Positions 62,116 through 64,000 of a DNA stretch of 64,000 nt are shown in pieces. The stretch is from Eledone cirrhosa (Eukaryota), in contig OZ024741.1 in assembly GCA_964016885.1 (NCBI GenBank), positions 118,110,001 through 118,174,000 on the forward strand. The letters run 5' to 3'. The position numbers and the translations under genes were made by a program. Within the stretch, counting starts at the first letter, position 1. The number at the start of each line of letters is the position of its first letter. The notes under the pieces were generated by a model. The model was not told the DNA's origin and did no database searches. It saw nothing but the letters and a program-made list of their open reading frames with translations.

Positions 62116-64000
62116 TTAGAGATGCCTACTGGCAAGGCGGGTCTTCTCTGTTACTGAGTACCGCCAAAGGTCTCGGTCCAGTGACATTGTCTTGGAGAGG
62201 TGTAAGTGTGTGAGGTCGGAGTTTATCAGCTCGTCCCAGGTTTTTCTAGGTCTGCCTATTCCGTGGCTACCGTCTATCTTTATTGCCCTGCACTTTGTTA
62301 TACAGCTATCGACTTTCATGCGCATCACGTGTCCATACCAACGTAGCCTTCTCTCGAGTAAACAACATCTGATCCCTCTTATCTCTAATTTTTTCCTTAG
62401 TTCGTTTATGCTTTGCCGTTCACGTATATTACTGTTACACATCCAGCGGAGCATGCAAGCTTCGTTCCTCTCTAGTCTGCGTATATCCTCTGCACACAAT
62501 GCCCAGGTCTCACTGCCATGCAACATTGCTGTTCGTATGCAGGCATCGTACAACCTGCCTTTCATTTTTAGGGAGAACCCTTTAGCAGCTAATAGTGGTA
62601 TAAGCTCTCTGAACTTTTTCCAACCAGTTCTGACTCTAGCTACAGTACTTTCAGAGCACCCTCCCCCACTGCTGATTTTATCACCCAGGTAACGGAAGCT
62701 GTCCACTATTTCTATAGAACCCTCTGCGCAATTGAAAGAGCTAGTATTTTGTGGGCACTTGCTGCTACTTATTGCACCAGAACACCGGCCACATGTAAAA
62801 TCTATGTTCTTAGTTAGCTTACCTGTGATCCCACTACATCTTTTATGCACCCATACTTTGCATTTAGGACATAAAATGGAGTTTCTACCTACGCCTTTCC
62901 TACACACCGAGCACGACCATTTCCCAGAAGGGACCGCCGCCTTGTTTTCTTTCCTACAAACTAGAACTTTGGTCTTAGCCAGGTTAATTTTAAGTCCTTT
63001 TGACTCTAGGCCGTGCTTCAATGTTTGGAATTTCTTCTCTAGCTCGGCCATTGATTCCGCTATGAGTGTCAGGTCGTCTGCGTATAGGAGTTCCCATGGG
63101 CAGCCTGTCTTGAACTCCTCTGTTATAGCCTGAAGGGCAATAATAAATAGTAGGGGGCTGAGAACAGAGCCCTGATGGACGCCAACTTTTACGCTAAACT
63201 CTTCACTATATTCGTTGTTAATTCTAACCTTGCTGACTGTTTCTTTATACATGGCTTGTATAGCCCTCACAAGCCATTCGTCAATGCCTAGTTTTCTAAG
63301 AGCCCACCAGATAATGGAGCGGGGGACTCTGTCGAAGGCTTTCTCCAGGTCGACAAAAGCTAAGTAGAGGGGTTTACCTTTAGCTAGGTACTTCTCCTGT
63401 AGTTGTCGTACTATGAAAAGAGCGTCTGTGGTGCTTTTGCCTGACACAAACCCGAACTGCATTTCATCTAGGTCAATTCTCTCTCTGATTAGTTGCGCTA
63501 TTACTTTTTCCGTGACCTTCATGACCTGGTCGATTAATTTAATGCCTCTATAGTTACTCCTATCTAGGGCGTCTCCTTTACCCTTATAACAGTTAACGAT
63601 GATGCTGCTATGCCAGTCCTTCGGAACAACCCCATTCTGTACGACTTGGTTAACTATGTGGGTGACCATGGTGTGTCCCACCGTGCAAGATGCCTTCAGC
63701 ATCTCAGCAACTATTTCCGAAGGCCCAGCCGCCTTACCCGTCTTCATATCCTTGATTGCCTTACTTATTATACTCCCCTCGACTAACACTGCTGGTCCCT
63801 CTATTGGGTCGATATGGGGGAGACTGTCTTTCTCCCATTTATTCTCCTCATTTAGTAGCCTTTCATAGTGACACTTCCAAGCTACCTTCTTATCAGTGTC
63901 GGTGATGGCAAGTATGCCATCATCGTTAAGTACACACTTCTCCCCGACAATATCACGGTTTTCCTTGACGCATTGCCTAGCAATCCTGAACACCTCACGT
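62116..64000 (-). CDS. RTE-clade LINE reverse transcriptase ORF (uninterrupted; continues beyond the window)
   Basis: At least 625 aa: NYRGIKL, QFGF, AFVDLEKAFDRV, GVHQGSVLSPLLF, LYADD, FRYLG, LRWYGHVMR. 3' UTR 61782-62115 and (GAT)n tail at 61762-61781. Confidence 0.96.
   Translation of the reverse strand, partial: REVFRIARQCVKENRDIVGEKCVLNDDGILAITDTDKKVAWKCHYERLLNEENKWEKDSLPHIDPIEGPAVLVEGSIISKAIKDMKTGKAAGPSEIVAEMLKASCTVGHTMVTHIVNQVVQNGVVPKDWHSSIIVNCYKGKGDALDRSNYRGIKLIDQVMKVTEKVIAQLIRERIDLDEMQFGFVSGKSTTDALFIVRQLQEKYLAKGKPLYLAFVDLEKAFDRVPRSIIWWALRKLGIDEWLVRAIQAMYKETVSKVRINNEYSEEFSVKVGVHQGSVLSPLLFIIALQAITEEFKTGCPWELLYADDLTLIAESMAELEKKFQTLKHGLESKGLKINLAKTKVLVCRKENKAAVPSGKWSCSVCRKGVGRNSILCPKCKVWVHKRCSGITGKLTKNIDFTCGRCSGAISSSKCPQNTSSFNCAEGSIEIVDSFRYLGDKISSGGGCSESTVARVRTGWKKFRELIPLLAAKGFSLKMKGRLYDACIRTAMLHGSETWALCAEDIRRLERNEACMLRWMCNSNIRERQSINELRKKLEIRGIRCCLLERRLRWYGHVMRMKVDSCITKCRAIKIDGSHGIGRPRKTWDELINSDLTHLHLSKTMSLDRDLWRYSVTEKTRLASRHL

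Noticed and set aside
62192-63868. Plus-strand ORFs of 166, 133 and 89 aa
   Set aside because: Antisense to the RTE RT ORF, with no independent motifs.

Overview
Repeat-dominated, AT-rich animal genomic DNA. The SINE, LINE and microsatellite content looks like an octopod cephalopod (inference). I can support one host gene: a 5-exon, phase-consistent 555-aa MFS transporter of the SLC16/MCT family (12119-19828, +). The rest is mobile DNA: Penelope-like elements (PLEs), RTE-, Tx1-, R4- and CRE-type LINE pieces, an intact RTE RT frame at the right edge, a full-length but disabled hAT transposon nested in an RTE, a DD37D maT fragment, Helitron pieces, a 2.2-kb non-coding LTR element, a solo LTR, several MITEs, many tRNA-derived SINEs and long (TA/CA)n tracts. 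Three signals stand out. (1) A PLE at the left edge has an RT frame with no usable upstream ATG that overlaps an upstream ORF in the -1 frame across a U_UUU_UUA slippery heptamer. (2) About a dozen type I hammerhead ribozyme motifs from about eight unrelated repeat families are present, two with the compensatory U3-A8 core, mostly in fold-back insertions beside (TA)n. (3) A roughly 495-bp hammerhead-bearing unit occurs as circularly permuted tandem and inverted copies (retrozyme-like). All calls were made by eye; boundaries of decayed repeats are approximate.
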